From positions 1,875-65,874 of the forward strand of contig MGVZ01000040.1 of assembly GCA_001800745.1 (NCBI GenBank): 64,000 nt of DNA, given 5' to 3'. This document shows positions 25,621 through 33,794 of this stretch, in pieces. The translations under genes and the position numbers were made by a program. Numbering within the stretch: the first letter of the stretch is position 1; each line of letters begins with the position of its first letter. This DNA comes from Euryarchaeota archaeon RBG_16_67_27 (lineage in GTDB: Archaea; Thermoplasmatota; Thermoplasmata; RBG-16-68-12). The notes under the pieces are model-generated. The model worked only from the letters and a program-made list of their open reading frames with translations. It was not told the DNA's origin and did no database searches.

Positions 25621-25645
25621 CGTCTGGGCCTTCGAGCCCGACGGC

Positions 25646-27550
25646 ATGAAGACGGCGCTGTCCTCCTTCGACCTCCGGGCACTCGTCGCCGAGTGGCAGG
25701 AGCTCGTCGGTGGGTACTTCGACAAGACGTACCAGAAGGCGGAGGACCTCGTCCTCAAGATCAACGTGCCCGGGAAGGGGCGGCGCGAGCTCTTCTTCGC
25801 CCCGGGCCGTTGGCTATGCCTCCACGCGATGGAGGACAAGGGGGAGAACCTGCCTCCGTTCGCTCAGACCCTCCGGCGCCTCATCGACAACGCGCGGATC
25901 ACGGCCGTCGAGCAGCGGGGCTTCGATCGGATCGTCACGTTGAAGGCCGCGCGGGGACCGGACGTGTTCGACGTCGTATTCGAGGTGTTCGCGAAGGGGA
26001 ACCTCGTCGTCGTGAAGGACGGGACGACGGCGGCCGCGCTCTCCTCCGTGGCGTTCAAGGACCGCGTCGTCCGCCCGGGGGAGCCGTACGCGTACCCGCC
26101 TCACGGCGTCGACCCGCTCGAGCTCGATCGAACGAGCTTCGACCGTTCCCTCCGAGAGGCGAAGGGGCAGGTCGTCCGCGTCCTGGCGAGCGTCATCAAC
26201 CTCGGAGGACAGTACGCGGAGGAGCTTTGCCTCCTCGCCGGGGTCGCGAAGGAGACGCGGGTCAAGGATCTCGTCGACGGCCAGGTCGACGCCCTGTACA
26301 CGGCCCTGAACAACCTCGCGGTGGCCGTGGACCAAGAACGACGGCCTGCGCTCGTCCTCGACGGCGGCCGGCCCGTCGACGCGACCCCGGTCGACCTGCG
26401 GCAGCACGACGGGCACGAGCGGCGGCCCTTCCCGACGTTCAACGAGGCGCTCTCTCAGTACCTCGCGTCCGCCCCGACGGAGGTCGAGGGGGTCGATGAG
26501 GTCGCCGCGAAGTTCGATCGAAGAATCGCACAGCAGCGGGAGTCCCTGCAGGCGCTCCGGGAGGAGACGACCCGTCTCGAGGCGCAAGCTCACTTCCTCT
26601 ACGGCCATTACGCTCCGTTCGACGAGCTCTTGAGGGGGATCCGGGAGGGCTCGGCGCCGGCCCCGGGGACACAGGTCCGTGCGATCGATCGCCTGAACCA
26701 CACCGTCACCCTGGCCATCGGAGACTTTGACGCGATCACGCTCGACTACGAGCGGGACGTGACCGCGAACGCACAGTCACTGTACGACCGGCGGCGCGAG
26801 GCCCAGCTCAAAGCGCAGAAGGTCGAGGAGGCGATCGAGACGACGCGCCAGGAGATGGAGATCGTGCGGCGGAAGGCGGTCCGCGCCGCGGTACGGCCCA
26901 AGGTCCGCGCGACGAAGGCGATGTGGTTCGACGCGTACCGATGGTGCCTTTCCTCCGAGGGACGACTGATCCTCGCGGGGCGCGACGCGAGGACGAACGA
27001 CCAGCTCGTGAAGAAGCACCTGAAGGAAGGGGATCGCTACGCACACGCCGACCTGCATGGTGCGCCATCCACGGTCGTGAAGGAAGGCTCGAAGGCCTCC
27101 GACGCGACCCTGCGCGAGGCGTGCGAGTTCGCCCTCGCGTACAGCAAGGCATGGTCCGCGGGCCTCGCGAGCGGGAGCGCATACTGGGTCCTGCCGGAAC
27201 AGGTGTCAAAGCAGGCGGAGTCGGGGGAGTTCCTCCCCCGCGGCGCCTTCGTCGTCCGCGGGAAGCGGAACTACCTCCACGACCTTCCGGTCCGAATCGC
27301 TGTGGGCGAAGTCGACATCGAGGGCCATCGTAAAGTCATGGGGGGCCCGGTGTCCGCGGTCGTTGCGAGATCCTCAAGGTACCTCGTCCTGGTCCCAGGG
27401 AAGGAGGACCGCGAGCGGATCGCGAAGCGAATCGCGACCGCATTCGTGATTCCGATCGAGGAGGCCTCCCGTGCCCTGCCGGCCGGGGGCATGGCGGTCG
27501 CGGAGACCCACGGGATATCCCTCGACGGCGGAACTCCCGCATCAACTTGA
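25646..27550 (+). CDS. NFACT-family protein (archaeal Rqc2/NEMF/FbpA homologue, ribosome quality control)
   Basis: 634 aa with an N-terminal NFACT-N pattern (LSSFDLRALVAEWQELVGGYFDKTYQ), a central coiled-coil and an NFACT-R/DUF814 region (..GRDARTNDQLVKKHLKEGDRYAHADLHGAPSTVVK). Confidence 0.8.
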   Translation: MKTALSSFDLRALVAEWQELVGGYFDKTYQKAEDLVLKINVPGKGRRELFFAPGRWLCLHAMEDKGENLPPFAQTLRRLIDNARITAVEQRGFDRIVTLKAARGPDVFDVVFEVFAKGNLVVVKDGTTAAALSSVAFKDRVVRPGEPYAYPPHGVDPLELDRTSFDRSLREAKGQVVRVLASVINLGGQYAEELCLLAGVAKETRVKDLVDGQVDALYTALNNLAVAVDQERRPALVLDGGRPVDATPVDLRQHDGHERRPFPTFNEALSQYLASAPTEVEGVDEVAAKFDRRIAQQRESLQALREETTRLEAQAHFLYGHYAPFDELLRGIREGSAPAPGTQVRAIDRLNHTVTLAIGDFDAITLDYERDVTANAQSLYDRRREAQLKAQKVEEAIETTRQEMEIVRRKAVRAAVRPKVRATKAMWFDAYRWCLSSEGRLILAGRDARTNDQLVKKHLKEGDRYAHADLHGAPSTVVKEGSKASDATLREACEFALAYSKAWSAGLASGSAYWVLPEQVSKQAESGEFLPRGAFVVRGKRNYLHDLPVRIAVGEVDIEGHRKVMGGPVSAVVARSSRYLVLVPGKEDRERIAKRIATAFVIPIEEASRALPAGGMAVAETHGISLDGGTPAST

Positions 27551-27599
27551 TAAGGGACCAGGGAATCCTTCAGATTCCACGAATTGGAAGGTGGAGCGC

Positions 27600-28481
27600 A
27601 TGGGAGCGTACGCGCGGCTCGCCGCCCTGTTCGCGGCCTTGACCGCGATCTTCGTCGGATTCGGCTGGATCATCGGAACCCTCTGGTTCTCGGACTGGGT
27701 TACCGGCAGCCTCGTGTTCCTCGCCCTCGCGGCCGCGATGAACCTCATCGCGTACTTCGCCTCGGACAAGATCGTCCTCTGGTCGTACCGCGCGCGAATC
27801 ATCTCGGAAGCCGATCGGCCGCGCCTGCACGGGACCGTGCGCGAGGTCGCCCAGCGTGCGGGCCTTCCGATGCCACGCGTCGCGATCGTGCCCACGGACA
27901 CCCCCAACGCGTTCGCGACCGGGCGGGACCCGAGGCACGCCGTGGTCGCGGTCACCGAGGGCATCCTTCATCTCCTGACCGAGGACGAGCTCCGCGGGGT
28001 CCTCGCCCACGAGATCTCCCACGTGAAGAACCGGGACATCCTCGTGATGTCCGTCGCCGCGACGATCGCGGGTGCAATCTCGTTCATGGCACGGATGTTC
28101 TGGTGGAACACGATGCTCGGCGGGTCTTCGCGCGGCCGTGATAACGGGGTGGCGACCCTGCTCGCGTTCCTGGGGATGATCCTCGCGCCCCTCGCGGCGG
28201 TCCTCCTCCAGCTCGCAATCTCCCGTGGCCGGGAGTACCGGGCAGACCACAGCGGGGCGCTCGCGATCGGCGAGCCGCTCGCCCTCGCCTCCGCGCTCGA
28301 GAAGCTCGAGGCGGCGAACCGCCGGCGGCCGTTCCGGTTCGGGAGCCCTGCGTCCCAGGGGCTCTTCATCGTGAATCCGTTCTCGCCCACGGGTTTCGTG
28401 AATCTGTTCCGGACCCACCCACCCATCCAAGACCGGGTCGCGCGGCTTCACGACCTCGCCCAGGGCGTCGACCGGTACTGA
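27600..28481 (+). CDS. htpX: HtpX-type M48 zinc metalloprotease
   Basis: From ORF 27471..28481; ATG 27600 is preceded by GGAAGGTGGAG. It has N-terminal TM helices, the HEISH zinc motif (LAHEISHVKNRD), PNAFATG and the C-terminal FRTHPP.QDR motif. Confidence 0.9.
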   Translation: MGAYARLAALFAALTAIFVGFGWIIGTLWFSDWVTGSLVFLALAAAMNLIAYFASDKIVLWSYRARIISEADRPRLHGTVREVAQRAGLPMPRVAIVPTDTPNAFATGRDPRHAVVAVTEGILHLLTEDELRGVLAHEISHVKNRDILVMSVAATIAGAISFMARMFWWNTMLGGSSRGRDNGVATLLAFLGMILAPLAAVLLQLAISRGREYRADHSGALAIGEPLALASALEKLEAANRRRPFRFGSPASQGLFIVNPFSPTGFVNLFRTHPPIQDRVARLHDLAQGVDRY

Positions 28482-28485
28482 GTCC

Positions 28486-28878
28486 TCATCCGAACTCGTG
28501 GCCGACGGCCCGGCCGTGCCGCGCGTCCAAGTCGCGGATCTGGTCCCGGACCTCGAGATTCGGTTCGAGGACCTCGAACTCCTCCAGGTACGCCCGGTCC
28601 TTGTAGAGGACCGTCGACCGGCCGTCCTTCGCGACGCGCACGACGAGGTTCAGGTCGCCGCCGCCCTCCGGGCCTTCGTACAAGGTGTAAAACCCGAGGA
28701 AATGGCCGACGATCTCCTCGAACCCGTGCTGCGGATAGAAGAACCGGAGCCGGACGCGGTCGCCGGGGTAGACGTCCATGCGGTCGATGAGCTTGTCGTC
28801 GAGGATCCGAGCCTCCTTGAGGATCCGCCGCTCCTCGGCAACGGCATCGCGGTTCTCGGCCATGTGATTCGTCCCCAA
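28486..28878 (-). CDS. hypothetical protein (130 aa), immediately downstream of glutamine synthetase
   Basis: ORF with balanced, protein-like composition (..DVYPGDRVRLRFFYPQHGFEEIVGHFLGFYTLYEGPEGGGDLNLVVRV..). It lies 33 nt after the glnA stop on the same strand. No family recognised; alternative start at 28863. Confidence 0.5.
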   Translation of the reverse strand: MGTNHMAENRDAVAEERRILKEARILDDKLIDRMDVYPGDRVRLRFFYPQHGFEEIVGHFLGFYTLYEGPEGGGDLNLVVRVAKDGRSTVLYKDRAYLEEFEVLEPNLEVRDQIRDLDARHGRAVGHEFG

Positions 28879-28911
28879 GACGCGGTCCCCGGCTTAAAGC
28901 CGTTGGGCTGC

Positions 28912-30249
28912 TCACAGGATGGGAAGGAATTTCTCGACCTCGTAGTCGGTGACCCGGGTCCGGTACTCGTCCCATTCCTGCCGCTTGAGATACAGGACGT
29001 GGGTGAACACATGGGCCCCCATCGTCTCCCGCATGAGCTCGGACCGCTCGAACTCGTTCAACGCTTCCTCGAGGTTCCCGGGGAGGGACGCGATCCCGAG
29101 CTTCCGCCGATCCGCCGCCGTGAGGGCGTAGATGTCCGTCTCCATGGGCTCCGGGGGCTCGAGCTTCCTCTCGATCCCTGCGAGGCCCGCAGCGATCATC
29201 GCCGCGTACTGGAGGTAGGGATTCCCTGCGGGGTCCGGGTTCCGGACCTCCATCCGCGTGGACATCCCCCGCCCCTGCGGGATCCGGACCATGGCGGATC
29301 GGTTCTTGTTCGCCCAGCAGATGTACACGGGCGCTTCGTAACCCGGGACAAGCCGCTTGTACGAGTTCACCCACGACGCGAGGACGGCGCAGGTCTCCCG
29401 CGCGTACGTCAGGATCCCCGCGAGGTAGTGGAGCATGAGGGGGGAGAGCTCCCACTTCGCCGTCGGCTCGTAGAACGCGTTCTCGCCGTGGGGAGTGATC
29501 AGGCTCTGGTGGACGTGCATCCCGGATCCGTTCACCCCGAAGACCGGCTTGGGCATGAACGTCGCATGGAGACCAAGCTCCAAGGCAACGGTCCGGATCG
29601 CATGCTTCAGGGCCATCACCCGGTCCGCCGACGTCATCGCGTCCGCGTACCGGAGGTCGATCTCGTGTTGCCCAGGTGCGACCTCGTGGTGGCTCGCCTC
29701 CGCGTCGAAGCCCATCTCGTTCGCGTAGAGGGAGACCTTCTTCCGTACGGCCTCGCCCGCGTCCATGGGGAGTTGCTCGAAGTAGCGCCCGGAATCGCTC
29801 GGCACGTTTGTTGGCCGGCCGGTCCCGTCGAGCTTGAAGAGGAAGAATTCGTACTCGGGGCCCGTGTGGGGCACGTACCCCATCTCCCGCGCGCGCTTCA
29901 TCACTAGCTCGAGGACGTATCGCGGATCGCCTGTGAAGCGGCTCCCCTTCGAGTCGTACACGTTGCACACGATCCCTGCCGTCTTGAGATCCCCGGACGT
30001 CCAGGGGAAGACGCGGAACGTCTCGGGCACGGGATGCGCCCGCATGTCGCTCTCCTCGATCGTCGCGTATCCGACGACGGAGGACCCGTCGAAGACGACA
30101 CCCTCGTCGAGGGCCCGCTCGAGCTTCGTCGTGGGAATCGTGACCGTCTTCACGAAACCCAGGAGGTCCATGAACTGGATTTGCACGAACTGGACTTTCT
30201 CCCGCTTCGCGATCTCGAGAATCTTCGTCTCCTTCATGTCGTCGGCCAT
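28912..30249 (-). CDS. glnA: glutamine synthetase, type I (446 aa paralogue)
   Basis: From ORF 28912..30426; ATG 30249 (MADDMKETKILE...). Catalytic motifs are present: DGSS, GPEYEFFLF, HHEVAPGQHEID, NGSGMHVHQS, NSYKRLVPGYEAP, RSAMVRIP...RMEVR. A TATA-like TTTATGG lies about 45 nt upstream. Confidence 0.9.
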   Translation of the reverse strand: MADDMKETKILEIAKREKVQFVQIQFMDLLGFVKTVTIPTTKLERALDEGVVFDGSSVVGYATIEESDMRAHPVPETFRVFPWTSGDLKTAGIVCNVYDSKGSRFTGDPRYVLELVMKRAREMGYVPHTGPEYEFFLFKLDGTGRPTNVPSDSGRYFEQLPMDAGEAVRKKVSLYANEMGFDAEASHHEVAPGQHEIDLRYADAMTSADRVMALKHAIRTVALELGLHATFMPKPVFGVNGSGMHVHQSLITPHGENAFYEPTAKWELSPLMLHYLAGILTYARETCAVLASWVNSYKRLVPGYEAPVYICWANKNRSAMVRIPQGRGMSTRMEVRNPDPAGNPYLQYAAMIAAGLAGIERKLEPPEPMETDIYALTAADRRKLGIASLPGNLEEALNEFERSELMRETMGAHVFTHVLYLKRQEWDEYRTRVTDYEVEKFLPIL

Positions 30250-30519
30250 CGTGTGCCCCCGCTGGATGGCGCCGCGAACCGCGGGAGGGCCATAAAGGTT
30301 CTGGGTGTACGCTGGGGCCGGTTCACGCGGTGCCTGAGAACCGCGCCTCGACAACGACCGAGCGGGCGCCCTGAACATCCTCGCGGCCGCCGCGGGGCTC
30401 AGGCACTGGGCGATGGGGAGAGCCATCCGGGTAATCCCGCTGTCGGAGACCGTGAGGACGAGCAGAAGGCCAAGGCTCGCGAGAGCCGCGATCGCACAGG
30501 CCGCAATCGCGCGGGGACC

Positions 30520-31974
30520 TCAAGCGTCCATGTATCGGTAGATCTCGTACGGCGACGGCCGGAGCGACGTCTGCAGGTGCTCGTCGAGCTTCAATTCCTC
30601 GTACTTCTCCAAGAGATCCTGCGTGAACACGGTCTTGAGGAACATGTAGTCCGTCTGGAGGTGCTCGACCGCCTCCTTGAGGGACCCCGGGAGCTCCCGG
30701 ATGCCGTACTCCTTCCGCTTGTGTGGGCTCAGATGGTACAGGTCCTCGTCGACGGGTTCGCCGGGGTCAATCTTCCGCTTGATTCCATCGAGGCCCGCGC
30801 AGAGCATCGCCGCGAACGCGAGGTACGGGTTCGCCGCGGGGTCGGGCGTGCGGTACTCGATCCGCTTCGCCGCCTCGATCCCCTGGTAGTACATCGGAAT
30901 CCGGATGTTCGCGGAGCGGTTGCCCTTTGACCATGCGATGAAAACGGGGGCCTCGTATCCGGGCACGAGCCGCCGGTACGAGTTCGTGGTGGGGTTCGTG
31001 AAGGCGCAGAGGGCCCGCGCGTGATCCATCAGCCCGCCAATGTAGTACCGGCACGTCTGGCTGATCTCCGCATACTCGTCGTCGGGATCGTACATCACGT
31101 TCTTCCCGCGGGTCCACAGACTCTGGTGCGTGTGCATCCCGCTCGCGTTGTCGCCGAAGATCGGCTTGGGCATGAACGTCGCAATCATCCCCATCCCGTG
31201 GGCGACCATCTTCATCGTGTAGCGGTACGTGACGACCTTGTCCGCCATGGGGACGAGCTCGTCGTAGCGCATGTCGATCTCGCACTGGCCGGCGGTCGCG
31301 ACCTCATGGTGGTGAGCGTCGAGGCGCATCCCGAAGGAGTCCGTGAGGACGCGGCACGCCTCGTTCCGGAAGTCTTGGAGCGTGTCGGCGGGCGGGGCAG
31401 GGTAATACCCTTCCTTGAACCGGATCGGAAAGTTCTTGCCGCCGTTGTCGTGCCAGGGCGCCTCGCGGGAGATGATCTCGTAGCCCGCGCCGGACCAGGG
31501 GTTCCGCGCGTGCTCCGGCGTCGGCAGGAGGCGGATGCCGTCGAAGACGAAGAACTCAATCTCGGGGCCCCAGTAGGTCGTGTCGAAGCCCTGGTCCGTC
31601 GCGAACCGCACGGCCTTCTCAGCGATGAATCGGGAGTCGCGTGTGAACCGCTCGTGGGTCGCCCCCTCGTACACGTCGACGATCATCCTTGCGGTCTTGT
31701 GCTCCCCGCCGTACCAGGGGAGGACCGCGAACGTGGACGGGTCGGGATTCATGACCATGTCCGACTCGTGGATTTCCTTGAACCCCTTGATCGAGGAGCC
31801 ATCGAGCTTGCCGATGCCGCGCTTGAACTCGTCGGGACCCAGGGACGTCGTGGGGATCGTGATGTGTTGCAGCGCACCGAGCAGGTCGACGAACTGGAGA
31901 TCGACCCACCGGATCCCCTCCGACTCGATCCGCTTCAACACAGAGTCCACGACGTTGCCCTTCTTCGCTTTCAT
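30520..31974 (-). CDS. glnA: glutamine synthetase, type I (484 aa paralogue)
   Basis: MKAKKGNVVDSVLKRIESEGIRWVDLQFVD... with DGSS, GPEIEFFVF, HHEVATAGQCEID, NASGMHTHQS, NSYRRLVPGYEAP and RSANIRIP...RIEYR. Confidence 0.9.
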   Translation of the reverse strand: MKAKKGNVVDSVLKRIESEGIRWVDLQFVDLLGALQHITIPTTSLGPDEFKRGIGKLDGSSIKGFKEIHESDMVMNPDPSTFAVLPWYGGEHKTARMIVDVYEGATHERFTRDSRFIAEKAVRFATDQGFDTTYWGPEIEFFVFDGIRLLPTPEHARNPWSGAGYEIISREAPWHDNGGKNFPIRFKEGYYPAPPADTLQDFRNEACRVLTDSFGMRLDAHHHEVATAGQCEIDMRYDELVPMADKVVTYRYTMKMVAHGMGMIATFMPKPIFGDNASGMHTHQSLWTRGKNVMYDPDDEYAEISQTCRYYIGGLMDHARALCAFTNPTTNSYRRLVPGYEAPVFIAWSKGNRSANIRIPMYYQGIEAAKRIEYRTPDPAANPYLAFAAMLCAGLDGIKRKIDPGEPVDEDLYHLSPHKRKEYGIRELPGSLKEAVEHLQTDYMFLKTVFTQDLLEKYEELKLDEHLQTSLRPSPYEIYRYMDA

Positions 31975-32036
31975 CGATACCCTCCCTCAGAACCTGCAGC
32001 TGCCTTCCACCGTCGAGAAAAACCCGTCCGTTGCAC

Positions 32037-32065
32037 CGAAAGGGATTTCGATGTGCATATATAAA
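32037..32065. promoter_or_regulatory. glnA/lrp divergent promoter: TATA box plus adjacent inverted repeat
   Basis: TATATAAA / TTTATATA (32058-32065) reads as a TATA box on both strands. The inverted repeat CGAAA-gggA-TTTCG (32037-32050) lies between this box and the predicted glnA transcription start (minus direction). Confidence 0.5.
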
Positions 32066-32216
32066 GGTTATTTCAACAGAATCGTGCATTTGAACGTAAT
32101 TCTAAGCGCATGAGCGCCATATGTCGAATTCGGTTCACCGAAACCGAACGAAGGTCGCGCGGCTGGCCGGGCGGGCAAGCCTCTTAACCGACAAAGCGAT
32201 GGGCCTGCGGCCCGCC

Positions 32217-32675
32217 ATGACGACAACCGTGAAGCTCGACGACCTCGACCTGAACATCCTGCGACATCTGAACACGGACGCACGCAAATCCTTCCGGGAC
32301 CTCGCCCGCGAGGTGAAGGCGAGCATCAGCACGGTCTCGAACCGCATCCACCGGCTCGAGGCGGAAGGCGTGATCACGGGCTACGCACCCCTGATCGACG
32401 AGGCGAAGACCGGGTTCGACGTCATGGCCGTCGTTGGCGTCGAGATCCACAAGGGGAAGCTCCTCGAGGTCCAGCGGCGGATCGCCAAGGACGACCGGGT
32501 GACCCACGTGTACGACGTCACGGGGGAATGGGACTCGATCGTCGTCGTGCGGCTGCGGAACACACGGGAGCTCGACGCGTTCATCAAGCGCCTCGGCTCG
32601 ATGGAATACGTGGAGAACACGTACACCCAGGTCGTGCTGAACGTCGTGAAGGAGGAGAGGCGCGTCCTCCTCTGA
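32217..32675 (+). CDS. lrp: Lrp/AsnC-family transcriptional regulator
   Basis: From ORF 32121..32675. Family similarity starts at MTTTVKLDDLDLNILRHLNTDARKSFRDLAREVKASISTVSNRIHRLEAEGVI (HTH_AsnC), followed by an RAM/AsnC_trans_reg domain. Alternative starts are 32121 and 32199. Confidence 0.85.
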   Translation: MTTTVKLDDLDLNILRHLNTDARKSFRDLAREVKASISTVSNRIHRLEAEGVITGYAPLIDEAKTGFDVMAVVGVEIHKGKLLEVQRRIAKDDRVTHVYDVTGEWDSIVVVRLRNTRELDAFIKRLGSMEYVENTYTQVVLNVVKEERRVLL

Positions 32676-32723
32676 CCGACAAGGGGATTCCCAGCACAAC
32701 GTTTATCCGCTATCGCCTGAATA

Positions 32724-33248
32724 ATGGACGTCACCGGAGGGAGGGTTGTGGGGGACATCCTCAACTTCAATCCGGATCGAGGGCGCAGCTTCGATCCGAG
32801 CCGCGGGCGCACGTTCGATTCCCAGCGTCCCCTCGAGTTCGATTCCGGCCGGAATCTCGAGTTCAATCAGAACCGCGATCTCGGCTTCGGCCACCGGGGC
32901 GTCGTGTTCCGCGGCTACGTCTGCCCGATCTGCGGCGCGATCGTCACGGAGGACACCAGGCAGTGCGGGGAGTGCGGCACCGTGTTCGAGGTCGAGCCGC
33001 GCGCGGCAAAGCCGACGGCACCCGCGTTGGAGTCTCCCACACTCAGGAGACCAGAAGCGAAGGCGCCGCCTGCGGTCCCGCCTCCCGGGACATCCCCGAG
33101 GGGCAGCGCGTACTGCGCGTACTGCGGTGTGAAGCTCCACGCGGGTGACACCTTCTGCTGGAACTGCGGGACGCGGGTCGCCGGCACGAAGGAGGTCGTT
33201 CGACTCCCTCCTCAGAAGGACGAACGGGTGACGCGAGAGTGGAAGTGA
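32724..33248 (+). CDS. double zinc-ribbon protein with N-terminal degenerate octapeptide repeats
   Basis: 174 aa with two CxxC-x(n)-CxxC ribbons (CPICG...CGECG and CAYCG...CWNCG), a Pro-rich linker and six 8-aa repeats at the N-terminus. It ends 4 nt before the NfeD gene. Confidence 0.7.
   Translation: MDVTGGRVVGDILNFNPDRGRSFDPSRGRTFDSQRPLEFDSGRNLEFNQNRDLGFGHRGVVFRGYVCPICGAIVTEDTRQCGECGTVFEVEPRAAKPTAPALESPTLRRPEAKAPPAVPPPGTSPRGSAYCAYCGVKLHAGDTFCWNCGTRVAGTKEVVRLPPQKDERVTREWK
32763..32906 (+). repeat. six tandem 24-nt (octapeptide) degenerate repeats inside the zinc-ribbon gene
   Basis: NFNPDRGR/SFDPSRGR/TFDSQRPL/EFDSGRNL/EFNQNRDL/GFGHRGVV. The DNA units all follow nnn-TTC-(G/A)(A/G)(T/C)-... 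with a conserved CG(N) Arg codon at position 6. Confidence 0.8.
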
Positions 33249-33252
33249 GACG

Positions 33253-33783
33253 TTGGCGGATTTCCTGAGCCTGAGCCTGTACACCTGGCTGATGATCGGT
33301 TTCCTCGCCCTGCTGCTGATCACACTCGTCCTCGGGGACATCGGTGACTTCGGGTTCGACCATGACGTCGGGGTGGGCGTCGACACGGGTCTGAGCCCCC
33401 TGAGCCTACCGATCGTCGCGGTCTTCGGTACGTCGTTCGGCGGGTTCGGAACGCTCTTCGAGAGCATGGGCGTCGGGGCGTTCTGGACGCCGACCCTCGC
33501 CGTCATCTTCGCGGTCCTCATCGCGGGCGGGATGTGGGTCCTCATGCTCAACGTGTTCGTGAAGACCCAGGCGGAGACCCGCGTGAACCTGTCGGAGCTC
33601 ATCGGGTACAAGGGGCAGGTCCTCGTCCCGATCCGTCCCGGCCAGCCGGGACAGGTCGTCGTGATCACGGAGGCCCGGGGGCGGACCCTCCTCCAGGCGA
33701 TCGCGGACGAGCCGATCGGCACCGACGAACACGTCACGCTCGATTCCATCGTGGGGAATTCCGTGAAAGTGCACAGGGTGTAG
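33253..33783 (+). CDS. NfeD-family membrane protein
   Basis: TTG start, 176 aa. It has N-terminal TM helices and a C-terminal OB-fold-like tail (GYKGQVLVPIRPGQPGQVVVITEARGRTLLQAIADEPIGTDEHVTLDSIVGNSVKVHRV), typical of NfeD partners of SPFH proteins. Confidence 0.8.
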   Translation: MADFLSLSLYTWLMIGFLALLLITLVLGDIGDFGFDHDVGVGVDTGLSPLSLPIVAVFGTSFGGFGTLFESMGVGAFWTPTLAVIFAVLIAGGMWVLMLNVFVKTQAETRVNLSELIGYKGQVLVPIRPGQPGQVVVITEARGRTLLQAIADEPIGTDEHVTLDSIVGNSVKVHRV

Positions 33784-33794
33784 GAGGTGGACGA

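Noticed and set aside
30250-30519. Glutamine riboswitch (glnA RNA motif) in the GS-GS spacer
   Set aside because: I cannot recognise the conserved glnA-motif core in this GC-rich sequence, and that motif is known from cyanobacterial and marine bacterial genomes, not archaea. The spacer is kept only as an unexplained long spacer.
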